Assembly: GCA_963727245.1 (NCBI GenBank)
Contig: CAVSFO010000019.1
Span: forward strand, 4,371-68,370
Direction of reading: 5' to 3'
From: an uncultured Planctomycetia bacterium
Lineage (GTDB): Bacteria; Planctomycetota; Planctomycetia; Pirellulales; Thermoguttaceae
Length of the DNA stretch: 64,000 nucleotides
The translations under genes were made by a program, and so were the position numbers. The notes below the pieces were generated by a model that was not told the origin of the DNA, made no database searches, and was given only the letters and a program-made list of their open reading frames with translations. Within the stretch, counting starts at the first letter, position 1. Every line of letters begins with the position of its first letter. Below, piece by piece: positions 26,802 to 38,664 of this stretch.

Positions 26802-29484
26802 CTAAGTGATTTCGAAGTTGCGGACCTTCCACGGATCGATCTTAAACTGGAGTTGATCGCCTTGCAGGGCCGCGTCCGCCCGCTTCGCGCCCAGCAGGTC
26901 GGTTTCCACCGCCTGGGTGTGGGGGACGCCCAGGGTGATCTCGGCGTCGCCGGTCCGCCCGTCCACCTCGACCGCCCGCAACTCGAGCTTGCCGCCGGGC
27001 TTGCGGCGGAAGGCCGTCACCATGACGTTGCTGGGACCGGCGGCCAGGAAACTCTTGCTCGTAGGCAACTCGCCTTGCTGGGGGGCGGCGACGCGGCTCA
27101 GCAGCGGCTGCGTCAAGGCCGCGGCGGCCCGCAGACAGTCGGCGTTGCGGAACTCCGGCTTGCCCGCTTCCGGGACGTGCGGCAAGAGGGCATGGTGGTA
27201 CTCCGAGTAGATCGGCCAGCCGAAGATGTCCTGCGAGAAGTACGACTCCCATTCCCGCACCAGGAGGTTCGACATCCCGCTGTCCGCATCGCGGCGGAAG
27301 AACTGCGTGCCGGAGTGCAGCCATAGCAGCCCGGCGTCCTTGCCCACCATGTCGACGAACGTCAGGGCGTGGACTTGCGGCTTCTTCGCCGGCTCGACGC
27401 CCAACGGATAGTCTCGCAGCACCGTGTTGACGGGGAACGACGGCACGAGCGAGATCCAGTACCCCTCCTTGATGTTGCGGGGATGTCGGGCGGTCTCGCG
27501 GGGATACGCGTCCGGCTCGGGGGGACGCGCGTCAACAGGCGGCTGTAGATCAGCACGCAAGGCGAGCCGGCCGCCAGGCTGATGCGGGTCTCGAACCGCA
27601 ACTCGGGCATTTCGTGCTGGGCCCGCACTTCGGCCTGCACCGGCCCCTTGGCCAGCCAGTCGATCGACGCCCGCGACTGGGCGCTGTCGTAGAATGCGGG
27701 AGGCTCTCGGCGCGTCAACTTCGCCATGGCGAGGTTCGGCTTCCCCGTGAACCGCGGGAAAGCCCCCTTGCGGGCGTCGAGCATCTCGCGGCCGGACGCC
27801 TTGTGCACCAGGCTGACGATGCCGCCGGTCTGCGGGGACAGGCGGACGCGCAGGTGCTCGTTCTCGAGCGTCAGCGTCGGCTCGTCGATCTTCAGATCGG
27901 TCGGCATGCCGTGCGCCCGGCGTACTCTCCGTTGTTGAACTCCAAGTAATAGGTGTCGTAGCCGGCGCTGGGCACCTGCTGGGCCTGGAAGGCAACCTCC
28001 GCGGCGATGAGATCGCCGGTCTGCAGATCCCTGGTGCTGGTGCGGACGATCTGGGAGGGGATCGCCTTGCCGGCGCGGTCCTTGACGACGACGTCCTTGG
28101 TGCCCGCCGGCAGCGGGTAGATGCGCCCCGTGACGACCACGTTGGTCCGCGGCCAGGCGTGGGGATTGAGCACCGTGACGGCCAGCGGGCCGCGGGCCTC
28201 GGTCGCACTCTGGATCCGCCGGCTGAGGTCCGTCAGCGTGGCATCCAGCGCCTGCTGGCCCTGCTTCTCGGCGTCGTCGAGGTGATTGTAGCCCATCACA
28301 CCCCAGGCGAAATTGTGCTTGTCTTCCAGCCGTTCGGCGCGGGCGAAGCGAGTGCCCTGCCAGCGGGAATATTCGCACAACGCGACGTTGTGGCTTTGCG
28401 ACTTCAGCAGTCCCTTCCACGCCTTTTCCAGCAGTTTGGCCTGCGAGTTGGCCCCCAGCGACGAGTTGGCGGCGTCGAAAACTTCCGTGGCCAGCAACAG
28501 CCCCTCCACCTTGCGTTGCATCACGCGGATCTGGTCGCCGCCCACGCCCCAGGTACACGACTTGTTCCAGCCGTCCATGGGAAGGAGGATGGTTTCCTTG
28601 GCCTGTGCGCCGTACTTGTCGAGGTACTGGCCGAGGGTGACAAACTCGACGCGCGCCCCCTTGGCCAGGGCCTTGTATCTGGCAAGCACGGATGGGTAGG
28701 CCGGCGTCTCCTCCGATTCCCAGCCGAACTCCTCCCACCCCAGGACCAAGGGCGTGCCGAGCTTCTTGAGCTTCTGGTAATCCGCCGATCGGAGCAACTG
28801 ATCGAAGGCCGGTTCAAAACGCGACAGGGCATTCTTCGGCACGGTGAGGATCGTTGTGCCGTCGAGCCCCTCCCAGTAGATGACGTTGAAATCCATGCGC
28901 GGGCAGCCCGCCGCGCCCCAGGTGTCTAATTGTGAGAGGCTGGCGTACTTGTATCCGGCCAGCGCGCAGAGCTGCGGCAGTTGCGGATGCGTGAACTCCT
29001 CTTCGTGGAGCATCGTGACGACGTCATAGCCCAAGATCCTGCGGATCGTCTCCCGGCCCACGACGATCTGGCGGATGTTCGATTCGCCGCCGACGGTGGT
29101 CCCCATCGGCTGGCCATAGCTGCCGCCGATCAACTCCATCTTGCCGGCGGCCAGGCTCTTCGCCAGGCGTGCGGCCACCTCGGGGAACTTCTCCGCCATG
29201 AATTCGAAGGCCCCCGCGTCCATGTCGAGGGAGGTCTTGATGTGGGGCTCGCGATCGGCCATCTCCATGATGTCCTCGACCGCCAGCACGCACGATTCGA
29301 TACCCAATTGCCAACCAATGCCGGTGTAGCTCCAGTGGTTGCACGGTGCAACGCAGAAGTCAGGCGCCTGAGCAGCGGGCGCTGCGCCGGCGAGGCGGCC
29401 CAGCAGCGGCAAGGCCACCACGCCCCCCACACCCGCGGCCAGACTGGATTTCAGGAAACGCCGTCGCGAAGAAAGCCTGCTCAT
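26802..29484 (-). CDS. Tat-signal GH38-like protein, copy 2 (tandem paralog), with two apparent frameshifts.
   Basis: Colinear with copy 1 across ORFs 27892..29484, 27362..28738 and 26802..28208. Breaks lie near 27908 and at the G6 run 27519-27524. The 3' roughly 450 nt are nearly identical to copy 1. Confidence 0.7.
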
Positions 29485-29677
29485 TGGTACATCTCCTGGG
29501 AAAATATCACGCCGGATGCGAAACTATACCAGCATGATAATGCGGACGCCGGGCGCCGTGCAAGCAGGCAGGCGAACGATCCGGCACGTTTTCCCAAAAA
29601 AAAGGGGGCGGCCCAGGCTGGACCGCCCCATGGTCGCGGCGAAACAGGCCCGCCGCGATACCCGTTACCCCGCAAGA

Positions 29678-32119
29678 CTAGAGGGTACTCTTCACGCTGC
29701 TTGACGTGCCTGAATTCCAGGGCATCGGCGGGCCGACCACGAAGTCGGTCATCTCAGCCCGGTCCCAGGTGAAGATGCTCAGGGGATATTTCTTCTCGAG
29801 ATTGTACATCAGGAGCGTGACCGGGCCGCTGGTCTTGTCGCTGTCCTGCACGGCCACGCACACGTCCCCCTTGGGCGAGAACGACACCAGGCCGTTGCGA
29901 TAGAGACTCTTGTTCGGCGGCAGCCGGAGCGTCTTGAGCATCTTGTCGCCGTCGAACACGTAGACCAGGCTGGCCTCCTTGGTCGTCTGGGCGGCCGCCC
30001 AGCGCAGCGACCTGGGATCGGCCGCGACGCCGCCGAAACCGGGCAGCACCGCCTTCTTGGCCGACGCCGAACCCTGGCTCTCATAGCGATACACGCCCGG
30101 CGTCGCGTCGCTGCTGAAGATGACGTGGTTGTCGCGGGTCATGGCCACGTACATTCCCGGGTTCGGTTTCTGCCAGTTGAATTGCTGGTAAATCGTCGGC
30201 TTCACGCCCTCGGTGGTCGTGGAGGCCAGAACTTGGGAAATGTCGTCGGCCACAACCACGGTGTCCGAGTCGCCGGGAACCGCCACGCGGATCGGGTGCA
30301 GCAACGACCGGTCCCGCTCCAGGATCGTCGAGACATGGCCATTGTTGTCAATCTCCAGGATCTTGCCGCCGTCACGCGGAATCGCCAGGGCCAGGGCATG
30401 ATTCCGGACCAAACCCATGCCGGTCGGAGTGAACGGCAAGGAAACGGTCGCCACCACGCGGCCGGTGTCGTCGGTCTGGTAGACCGTGCCCTTCGAGGTG
30501 TCGTTGCCGCAGGCGATGTAGACGTAGAACTCGGGCGCGACCGGGGCGGGACCCGGGCCGGCAAGGTTCACGACCGGAGTCGGCTTCACTTGCGGCGGCT
30601 GAACGCGATATCCCCTCCACCCATAGTAACCCAGCCTGCCGTAATAGCCGTAATTGTAGCCGTATCCGTACAGCCCGATGCCGACGCCGCCGATGCCGAT
30701 GTTCACGCCGCCCACGCCAACGCCGCCGCCGCCCACGCCAACGCCCCCGCCGCCGCTCCCAGAGCCGCTGCCGGAGCCGCTGCCGGAGCCGCTGCCGGAG
30801 CCGCTGCCAGAGCCGCTGCCGCCGCCGGAACCGTCGCCGGAGCCGCTGCCGTCCCCAGAGCCGGAACCATCGCCGCAACCCTGGCCGGAGCCGTCGCCCT
30901 GGCCGGAGCCGTCACCCTGGCCGGAGCCGTCACCCTGGCCGGAGCCGTCACCGGCGCTGGCCTGATCGCTGGGGCAGGTTTGAGAAGCATCGCTAGGCTT
31001 GTCGCCGGACGCGTTATCCCCGGAGGGGCAGCTATCCGATCCGTCGCCGGGCTTGCTGTCGGCGGACGCGTTGTCCTTGTCTTTATCTTTGCAAGGGCAG
31101 CTATCCGAAGCGTCGCTGGGCTTGCTATCGGCGGACGCACTGTCCTTGTCTTTGTCTTTGCAGCCGTCCGACCCGTCGCTAGGCTTGCTATCGGCGGACG
31201 CGCTGTCCTTATCTTTATCTTTGCAGCCGCAACCGTCCGAACCGTCGCCGGGCTTATCGCCGGAATCCTTGTCTTTGTCTCCGGAGGCGCTCTTATCCGG
31301 GCTGGACCCGGAGCCTTGGCCCGACCCCGAGCCGCTGCCCGAGCCGCTGCCCGAGCCGCTGCCGCTGCCTGAGCCGGAACCACTGCCCGAACCGGAACCG
31401 CTGCCGGAACCTGAGCCCGAACCACCACCACCGCCGCCCGAGCCGCCGCCGATGCCGACGCCTCCGCCGCCGCGTCCCGCCACGACGACGTTGTTGCCGT
31501 AGTAGCCCCCACGGCGGTCAACGACCACGTTCGGGCCGTAACGGTCCACGACGACCAAAGAATCGCGCCGATCGATGACCCGCGGGTCGACGATCACGCG
31601 ACGCTCGTCGTACAGCCGGTTGTGCACAATCACGTCTTCCTCCCGCGGCTTGACGTAGACGGTGCGGTCGGTGACCACGGGCGGCGTGTAGGTATACGTG
31701 GGATGCACGACCGGCGCGAGCGCGGCGACCGTGTTGAAGAGCGGTTCGCGATGGCCGTTGCCATCGAGGTACAAACCGACGAGGCTTCCCCAACTGCCCT
31801 CGAAGATCACCAACGGCTGCTCGCGGTGCCAGCCCCATAGCTCGCCGACTTCATCGCCGCGCTCGTTGACGACGCGGAAATTGTGTTTCTTCTCTGCATC
31901 GGCGGGCGTACTGAAGCGCAGCTCGATGTGCAAATACTTCTGCGCAGCCGCGTCTGCCGGCGCGGTCACTCCATGCTCCGTGCTGTTGAGCCTGGCCACC
32001 GTGGAAACGTGCCACGGCGCCGTGTCGCTGCCCGGAACTGTGGGCTGTTCGGCCCGCGCCACCGAGGCGACAAACAGCAACCCCACCACCCCCGCTACTA
32101 GAAACCTGCTGCTTCTCAT
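29678..32119 (-). CDS. Secreted protein with a large low-complexity core ((GS)n, Cys-containing [14 protein letters not shown] repeats, (GDGSGQ)n, Gly/Tyr block) and a C-terminal propeller-like domain.
   Basis: Single uninterrupted 813-aa ORF with signal peptide [10 protein letters not shown]. The low-complexity part covers about residues 215-500 (DNA about 30620-31477). The ordered flanks have normal composition. Confidence 0.75.
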   Translation of the reverse strand: MRSSRFLVAGVVGLLFVASVARAEQPTVPGSDTAPWHVSTVARLNSTEHGVTAPADAAAQKYLHIELRFSTPADAEKKHNFRVVNERGDEVGELWGWHREQPLVIFEGSWGSLVGLYLDGNGHREPLFNTVAALAPVVHPTYTYTPPVVTDRTVYVKPREEDVIVHNRLYDERRVIVDPRVIDRRDSLVVVDRYGPNVVVDRRGGYYGNNVVVAGRGGGGVGIGGGSGGGGGGSGSGSGSGSGSGSGSGSGSGSGSGSGSGSGSGSGQGSGSSPDKSASGDKDKDSGDKPGDGSDGCGCKDKDKDSASADSKPSDGSDGCKDKDKDSASADSKPSDASDSCPCKDKDKDNASADSKPGDGSDSCPSGDNASGDKPSDASQTCPSDQASAGDGSGQGDGSGQGDGSGQGDGSGQGCGDGSGSGDGSGSGDGSGGGSGSGSGSGSGSGSGSGSGSGSGGGGVGVGGGGVGVGGVNIGIGGVGIGLYGYGYNYGYYGRLGYYGWRGYRVQPPQVKPTPVVNLAGPGPAPVAPEFYVYIACGNDTSKGTVYQTDDTGRVVATVSLPFTPTGMGLVRNHALALAIPRDGGKILEIDNNGHVSTILERDRSLLHPIRVAVPGDSDTVVVADDISQVLASTTTEGVKPTIYQQFNWQKPNPGMYVAMTRDNHVIFSSDATPGVYRYESQGSASAKKAVLPGFGGVAADPRSLRWAAAQTTKEASLVYVFDGDKMLKTLRLPPNKSLYRNGLVSFSPKGDVCVAVQDSDKTSGPVTLLMYNLEKKYPLSIFTWDRAEMTDFVVGPPMPWNSGTSSSVKSTL

Positions 32120-32615
32120 GCGTCCGCTCCTTTGCCTGATAACTGGTCCCGAAAGTCAATCGGGAAATTCCATGCCCTTCATGCCCAAACAACGCCCGCA
32201 AAACGCCCTCGCGGGGCCAGCTCCCACCGCTTAGCTTAGCAAATTCCCGCCATTCGTACAACTAGGCGGGAAATTTCCCGGCCGCGTGGCCCAAAGCAGC
32301 CCCTCCCCCGGGAGAGACTCCTTCATTATCCCTGTTCGGACTCTCAGCGGCGAATTATTCCCGTCGAGCGGAAAAAAGTCCAGGGCATCGCCTCCTCGCC
32401 GGGTTATACCCATCCTTGGGGTGGTGCGGTTGAGTTGTCCACGGTCTGCTGTGGCACGAATTTCTGCCGGACCCGATACCAACACAGCGTTCTATACCCA
32501 CCATCAAGGTGGGGGCATGGGACTCAGGGTTCTTGACCATACCTAGTGCCGGTGTGATACTGCGGAAACAGCAACCCGTCCCGGCGCATCATCGCCAAGA
32601 GGGAAACCGCGTCCT

Positions 32616-33652
32616 ATGAGCACCGTCAGCACATCGAAGCAACAACTCGGCGGCTTTCAGAAAGACTTCGACGACCTGCGGGCCGAGATCGGCAGGGTCG
32701 TGGTCGGACAAGCCGACATCGTCCAGAACGTCCTCATTGCCACCATTGCCGGTGGACACGTGGTCCTGGAGGGGGCGCCGGGCCTGGGAAAAACCCTCTT
32801 GATCCGCACCCTGGCCGAAGTGATCGACCTGAGCTTCCACCGCATCCAGTTTACTCCGGACCTGATGCCCTCCGACCTGATCGGCACCTACGTCGTCATG
32901 GAGAACCAGCAAGGCCGCCGGGTCTTTGAATTTCAGCAGGGCCCGCTGTTCGCCAATCTGATCCTGGCCGACCAGATCAACCGCGGCCTGCCCAAGACGC
33001 AGTCGGCCCTGCTGCAGGCGATGGAGGGGGACGCGATCAGCGTGGCGCACGAGACCTTCCGGCTGCCGCAGCCGTTTTTCGTGATGGCGACGCAGAACCC
33101 GCTGGAAATGGAAGGCACCTTTCCCCTGCCGGAGCCGGAGATCGACCGGTTCTTCTTCAAGCTGCTGGTCGCTCCGCCCGATGCCGGCCAGATCGACGAG
33201 ATCCTGGAGCGGACGACCGAGGGCGAGCCGCCGCAGGTGAAGGTGGTGCTGGACGGCAAGCGGCTGCTGGAGATGCGGCGGCTGGCCCGGGTGGTGGCGC
33301 TTTCGCCGGAGCTGCGGCGGCTGGCGGTTTCGCTCATCATGGCGACGCAGCCCGGTCATGCCCAGGCGCCCGAGTCGGTCGAGCGGCTGGTCCGCTACGG
33401 CTCCAGTCCGCGGGCGCGCAGGCGTTGGTATTGGCGGCGAAGATCCTCGCCGCGGCCGGCGGCCGCGACCAGGTCGTCCGCGACGATCTCGTTGCGGCGT
33501 TTTACCCGGCCTTGCGGCACCGCTTGCTGTTGAACTTCGAGGGCCAGGCGGAGGGCGTGCCCACCGATCAGATCCTGGCCGACGTGTTGAAGGCGGTGGC
33601 CAAGGTGGACAGGCCGGCGGGCCAGCCGAAGGCGGGGAAGGGTGGCAAGTAA
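32616..33652 (+). CDS. MoxR-family AAA+ ATPase, with one apparent frameshift.
   Basis: Walker A GAPGLGKT. Walker B region LILADQINR (DQ instead of DE). KTQSALLQAM and NPLEMEGTFPLPEPEIDRF are present. The C-terminus continues in ORF 33425..33652. The break is at GGG 33412-33414 (...YGSSPRG|AQALVLAAKILAA...). Confidence 0.85.
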
Positions 33653-33742
33653 CCGTTGTCGCCCCAGCGCCACAGGGCGCCTGCGCAGCGGGTCGCGGCC
33701 GGTAGGGCAGGGGGTGGCCGGCAACGTCTTTGACAGGGTCCG

Positions 33743-33769
33743 TTCCCACCGGCCGCAGCCGGTGGGCTT
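33743..33769. repeat. Hairpin repeat TTCCCACCGG-N7-CCGGTGGGCTT (possible terminator).
   Basis: Perfect 8-bp stem located 90 nt after the moxR stop. The same element occurs at 39005-39031 (inverted), 39055-39082 and 63969-63995. Confidence 0.5.
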
Positions 33770-33798
33770 GGGGTGCTGGAAAAGGGGTGTCAGGGCGC

Positions 33799-34737
33799 AT
33801 GATTAGCGCATGCAAGCTCGTCATCACCTTGCTAACCTGCACGCTGCTTCTCTCCAGTGCCCGGGCCGAGTCTCCTCTCGGCCCCGGCGACCACACCCGC
33901 ACCTTGCAACACGACGGCCGCACGCGATCCTACCTCATCCACGTTCCGCCCAAGTACGATCGGAAGCGGCCAACGCCCGTGCTGCTGGTCTTTCATGGGG
34001 CGCTGACAAACGCCGCGATCACGGTTCGCGTCTGCGGGCTCAATGAGAAGGCCGACAAGGAAGGATTCATCGCCGTCTATCCCAATGGGACGGGCCGCGT
34101 GGAAGGCATGTTGACCTGGAACGGCGGCAATTGCTGCCTTTACGCCATGTTGCACCAGGTGGATGACGTGGGGTTTACCCGGGCGCTCTTGGACGACCTG
34201 GCGAAGGTCGCCAACGTCGACGCCAAGCGGGTCTACGCCACGGGCATTTCCAACGGCGGCATCCTCTGCTACCGCCTGGCATCGGAACTGTCCGACCGGA
34301 TCGCGGCCATTGCGCCGGTTTCAGGGACGATGGGCACGAGGGCGTGCAAGCCCAAACGGCCTGTGTCGGTGATGCACTTCCACGGCACCGAGGACAAGTA
34401 TCTGCCGTTCGAGGGCGGCATCGGGGGCAACAGCTTCGCCCAGATGGTGTTCTTGCCCGTGGAGCACAGCATCAAGGCGTGGGCCAAGGCGGACGGTTGC
34501 CCCGAAAAGCCGATCGTGCGCGACGAGCCGACCCGGATTGCCGACGGCACAACGGTGGAGCGAAAGACCTATGGTCCGGGCAAGGAGGGGGCTGAGGTCG
34601 TTCTTTTCGTCATCCACGGCGGCGGCCACACCTGGCCGGGACGAGATCCGGGGGTGAAATTTCTCGGCAAATCGACGAAGAACATATCGGCCAACGATGC
34701 GATGTGGGAGTTCTTCAAGCGGCATCCGATGAAGTAG
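33799..34737 (+). CDS. Secreted esterase of the PHB-depolymerase/LpqC (feruloyl-esterase-like) family.
   Basis: Signal peptide present. PVLLVFHGA, VDDVGF, nucleophile elbow GISNGG, and MHFHGTEDK...HGGGHTWPG. Confidence 0.8.
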   Translation: MISACKLVITLLTCTLLLSSARAESPLGPGDHTRTLQHDGRTRSYLIHVPPKYDRKRPTPVLLVFHGALTNAAITVRVCGLNEKADKEGFIAVYPNGTGRVEGMLTWNGGNCCLYAMLHQVDDVGFTRALLDDLAKVANVDAKRVYATGISNGGILCYRLASELSDRIAAIAPVSGTMGTRACKPKRPVSVMHFHGTEDKYLPFEGGIGGNSFAQMVFLPVEHSIKAWAKADGCPEKPIVRDEPTRIADGTTVERKTYGPGKEGAEVVLFVIHGGGHTWPGRDPGVKFLGKSTKNISANDAMWEFFKRHPMK

Positions 34738-34811
34738 CCCGCCTGTCACGTCTTTCTTGCCGCTCGCTTGGTGTTACGTGGCCGCCTTCTTCATCCTTGA
34801 TCCTTCATCCT

Positions 34812-35791
34812 TTATCCTTTCTCCTTCATCCTTCCCTTTGGCGGCGTGACAACCTCGAAGTCCGAGCCGTGGATGCGCCGCATTTCTTCGTGCATCGGCC
34901 GAATGCGCAGATCGGCGCCACCGAGATGGCCCAGTCCAAACCGTTGTCGGCCACGAACATGCCGTATTTTTTCAGGCCCTTCAAAATGGCCTGGGCCGAC
35001 GGCGAAAAACCGGCCAGCGATACGTCGGCGCGGAGGCGGATGCGCTCGCCCATTCGCGGCAGGTTCGGGTCGCTGGAGCGGGAGGCGAAATGCGTCGCCG
35101 GGGCGACGTAGGCCCGGCGACTCCGCACGACCGTCACCCGCATGGCATGAGCGACCCGGCCGCGCTGCAACTCGTCGTAGCGAACGATGGCAGGGAAGAT
35201 GGGCAGGCCGGCGGCGTCCGTGGAAGTCCAGCCGTCGGGCCGCAGCTTGTTGGATTTCAGGCTGAAGATCGAGGCCTGGGCTGCCTGCCAGCCGGCGTCG
35301 GTGCGCTTCAACTGGTAGAACTCGTAGAGGGTGTGACGCGCCGGATCAACGACGATGGCGTGGCGGTCGCCGCCTTGGCCGAGGCGGTCGCGCTGCACGT
35401 CCGCCAGCGTAACCTGCTTGCCCTGGAAGTTGACCGGCCAGCCTTCGATGGGCACGCCCTCGGGCACGGGATAGGGCCCCGGGTCGGACTCGCCGGGATA
35501 GCCGACGACGTGGACCGGCACGCGCTTCTGGTTGGCCGGCACGAGGATGTAACCCATGTCGCTGTTGGTCCGCAGCGGCTTGCCGGCGCCGATCGAGGCG
35601 ATAATCTTCCGCGAATTGGGATGCACCGGCCAGTGCGACACGTCCTGGTTCCAGGGGTTGTCACTCGGGAAGACCTGGAGCGAGGGGACAATGCGGTCGG
35701 CCTCGGGCGTGTCGAACATGACCGGCTGGTGGATGGCGGGCGTGGCGCCGAGCGCCAGCGGCATGAGCATGAGGGAAAGGATGGTGGACAT
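34812..35791 (-). CDS. Secreted conserved hypothetical protein, with one apparent frameshift near 34921.
   Basis: ORF 34826..35791 carries a signal peptide. After ...GLDWAISVAP the alternative frame reads DLRIRPMHEEMRRIHGSDFEVVTPPKGRMKEKG* and stops at 34812-34814. This looks like genuine protein, unlike the Cys/Arg-rich tail in the track. Confidence 0.6.
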
Positions 35792-35896
35792 GGGCTGCTC
35801 CGAGGGGCAGGGGCCTGTGTGACGGCGGACACCTTCACGCCGTTATCATAGTCCCGGGAGCAGCGCTTGGCGAGCGGGGCGTGGGGTGGCAAAACC

Positions 35897-36060
35897 GTAG
35901 GTCAGGCACGCTGTGCCTGACCTCGGGGGTGGCCCCGATAGCTTTGCTATCGGGGCGGCGTAGCCGCAAGAGGCAGTTCACTACGCCGCGAAGGCCTCTT
36001 GTGCCTGCGGCACCCCGATAGCGAAGCTATCGCGGCCACCCAGGGCGTGCCTGACCTACG
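35897..36060. repeat. Composite palindromic element (CGTAGGTCAGGCACG outer arms plus CCCCGATAGC hairpins).
   Basis: Outer arms are cgtaggtcaggcacg (35897-35911) and cgtgcctgacctacg (36046-36060). Inner hairpins are ggtggccccgatagctttgctatcggggc and gcaccccgatagcgaagctatcgcggccacc. Confidence 0.75.
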
Positions 36061-36097
36061 CACTGGCAAAGCCAGTGGCACACCACGGTCGAGTCTT

Positions 36098-36712
36098 CTA
36101 CGGCAGCGCGAACAAGGCGCCGGTCACGGCGGCGCCTTCGACCAGGGCGGCCCGCTTGCTCAACGGTATCGGATCGCAAATGTACGGCGAATAATCGCCC
36201 GGCCGATAGTAGCCCAGGGTGTAGATGCACTCCCGGGGCGGATAGAGACCCATGCAGTACGGCAAGACCGGGAAGGTGAGGAAGAACTTGGCGGGCGACA
36301 GCACGCATTGCACCAGCGGCCGCTGGCAATGGCCGTAACGCTCCAACTGCTCGTCCTCGAAATAGAGCGGCCGGTGGCAGAGTGCCGAAGCCGTCCAGGT
36401 GAACGTCTTGGGCGCCCAGCACCGCGCGTGGAAGGTGGCTGCGCCCAGGCTGCATTCCGGCGGGAAGTCGCCCTTCTCGGCCGCCATGCTGCCGGTGATC
36501 TCGCTGATGCGCTTGAGGCTCTGCGGCGAAGGGCAGCCGTCCCTGGGGGCGGCCTTCGGGGTGATCGAGTCTTGAATGGTCGGCATTCGTTCCGGGCTCG
36601 GCGAGGGCGGCGGTGGCGGCGGCGCCGCCGCCGTGGCAAGCCCGTCGCCGAAAGGATCTTTGAAAGGATCGTCGGCCGCGGCGATCGAGACCAGGCAGAG
36701 GACCGCTAGCAA
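36098..36712 (-). CDS. Conserved hypothetical secreted protein (CHRPLYFEDEQLERYGH motif).
   Basis: The C-terminal roughly 200 aa of ORF 36098..37297 look like real protein (hydrophobic leader LAVLCLVSIAAA, Pro-rich stretch, then a Cys/aromatic-rich domain). Upstream, the ORF runs through repeat elements and into guaB. The start is uncertain, with an in-frame TTG at 36712. Confidence 0.5.
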   Translation of the reverse strand: MLAVLCLVSIAAADDPFKDPFGDGLATAAAPPPPPPSPSPERMPTIQDSITPKAAPRDGCPSPQSLKRISEITGSMAAEKGDFPPECSLGAATFHARCWAPKTFTWTASALCHRPLYFEDEQLERYGHCQRPLVQCVLSPAKFFLTFPVLPYCMGLYPPRECIYTLGYYRPGDYSPYICDPIPLSKRAALVEGAAVTGALFALP

Positions 36713-36735
36713 GGACGCCAGACCGACGCAAACTC

Positions 36736-36772
36736 GTCCCCTCTCCCTCCGGGAGAGGGTTAGGGTGAGGGC
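36736..36772. repeat. Single unit of the GGGAGAGGG-TTA-GGG-TGA-GGG repeat family.
   Basis: gtcccctctccctccgggagagggttagggtgagggc, which matches 26737-26773 in reverse complement. Confidence 0.7.
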
Positions 36773-36822
36773 ATTTAGGGCAAACGTCGGCCACGTGGGA
36801 AAGGCGAATCTCCTCCACTTTG

Positions 36823-36964
36823 CGGGTGGCCCCGATAGCTTGGCGGGTGGCCCCGATAGCTTTGCTATCGGGGCGGCGGAGCCGCGAGAGGAGCTTCGAC
36901 ACGCCGGGAAAGCCTCGTGTGCCTGCGGCACCCCGATAGCAGAAGCTATCGGGGCCACCCGCGG
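36823..36964. repeat. MITE-like CCCCGATAGC-hairpin element.
   Basis: gggtggccccgatagc (duplicated) ...tttgctatcggggcggcg...gcctgcggcaccccgatagcagaagctatcggggccaccc. The termini are inverted complements. Colinear with 35927-36040. Confidence 0.75.
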
Positions 36965-37037
36965 GCGACGCACATTTTGATCCGAAGCCCTCACCCCCGG
37001 GCACCACGTCAGTGGTCGCTCCCGGAAGGCCAGCGAG

Positions 37038-38585
<1,548 letters not shown>

Positions 38586-38664
38586 CTACACGTTGACGGG
38601 GACTGTACCGGTTTTCGAGGGGAGGCCCGTGGAAAGAGGGCTGTCCCTTACGGCTGGCCAAGCG

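Noticed and set aside
30620-31477. (GS)n / GDGSGQ / KDKDKD-encoding repeats as a non-coding microsatellite or an assembly artefact.
   Set aside because: The tract is in frame within a single 813-aa ORF that has a signal peptide and ordered domains on both sides. The antisense frames (PEPLPEP..., AAAPAA...) are mirror products. Repeat length still needs read confirmation.
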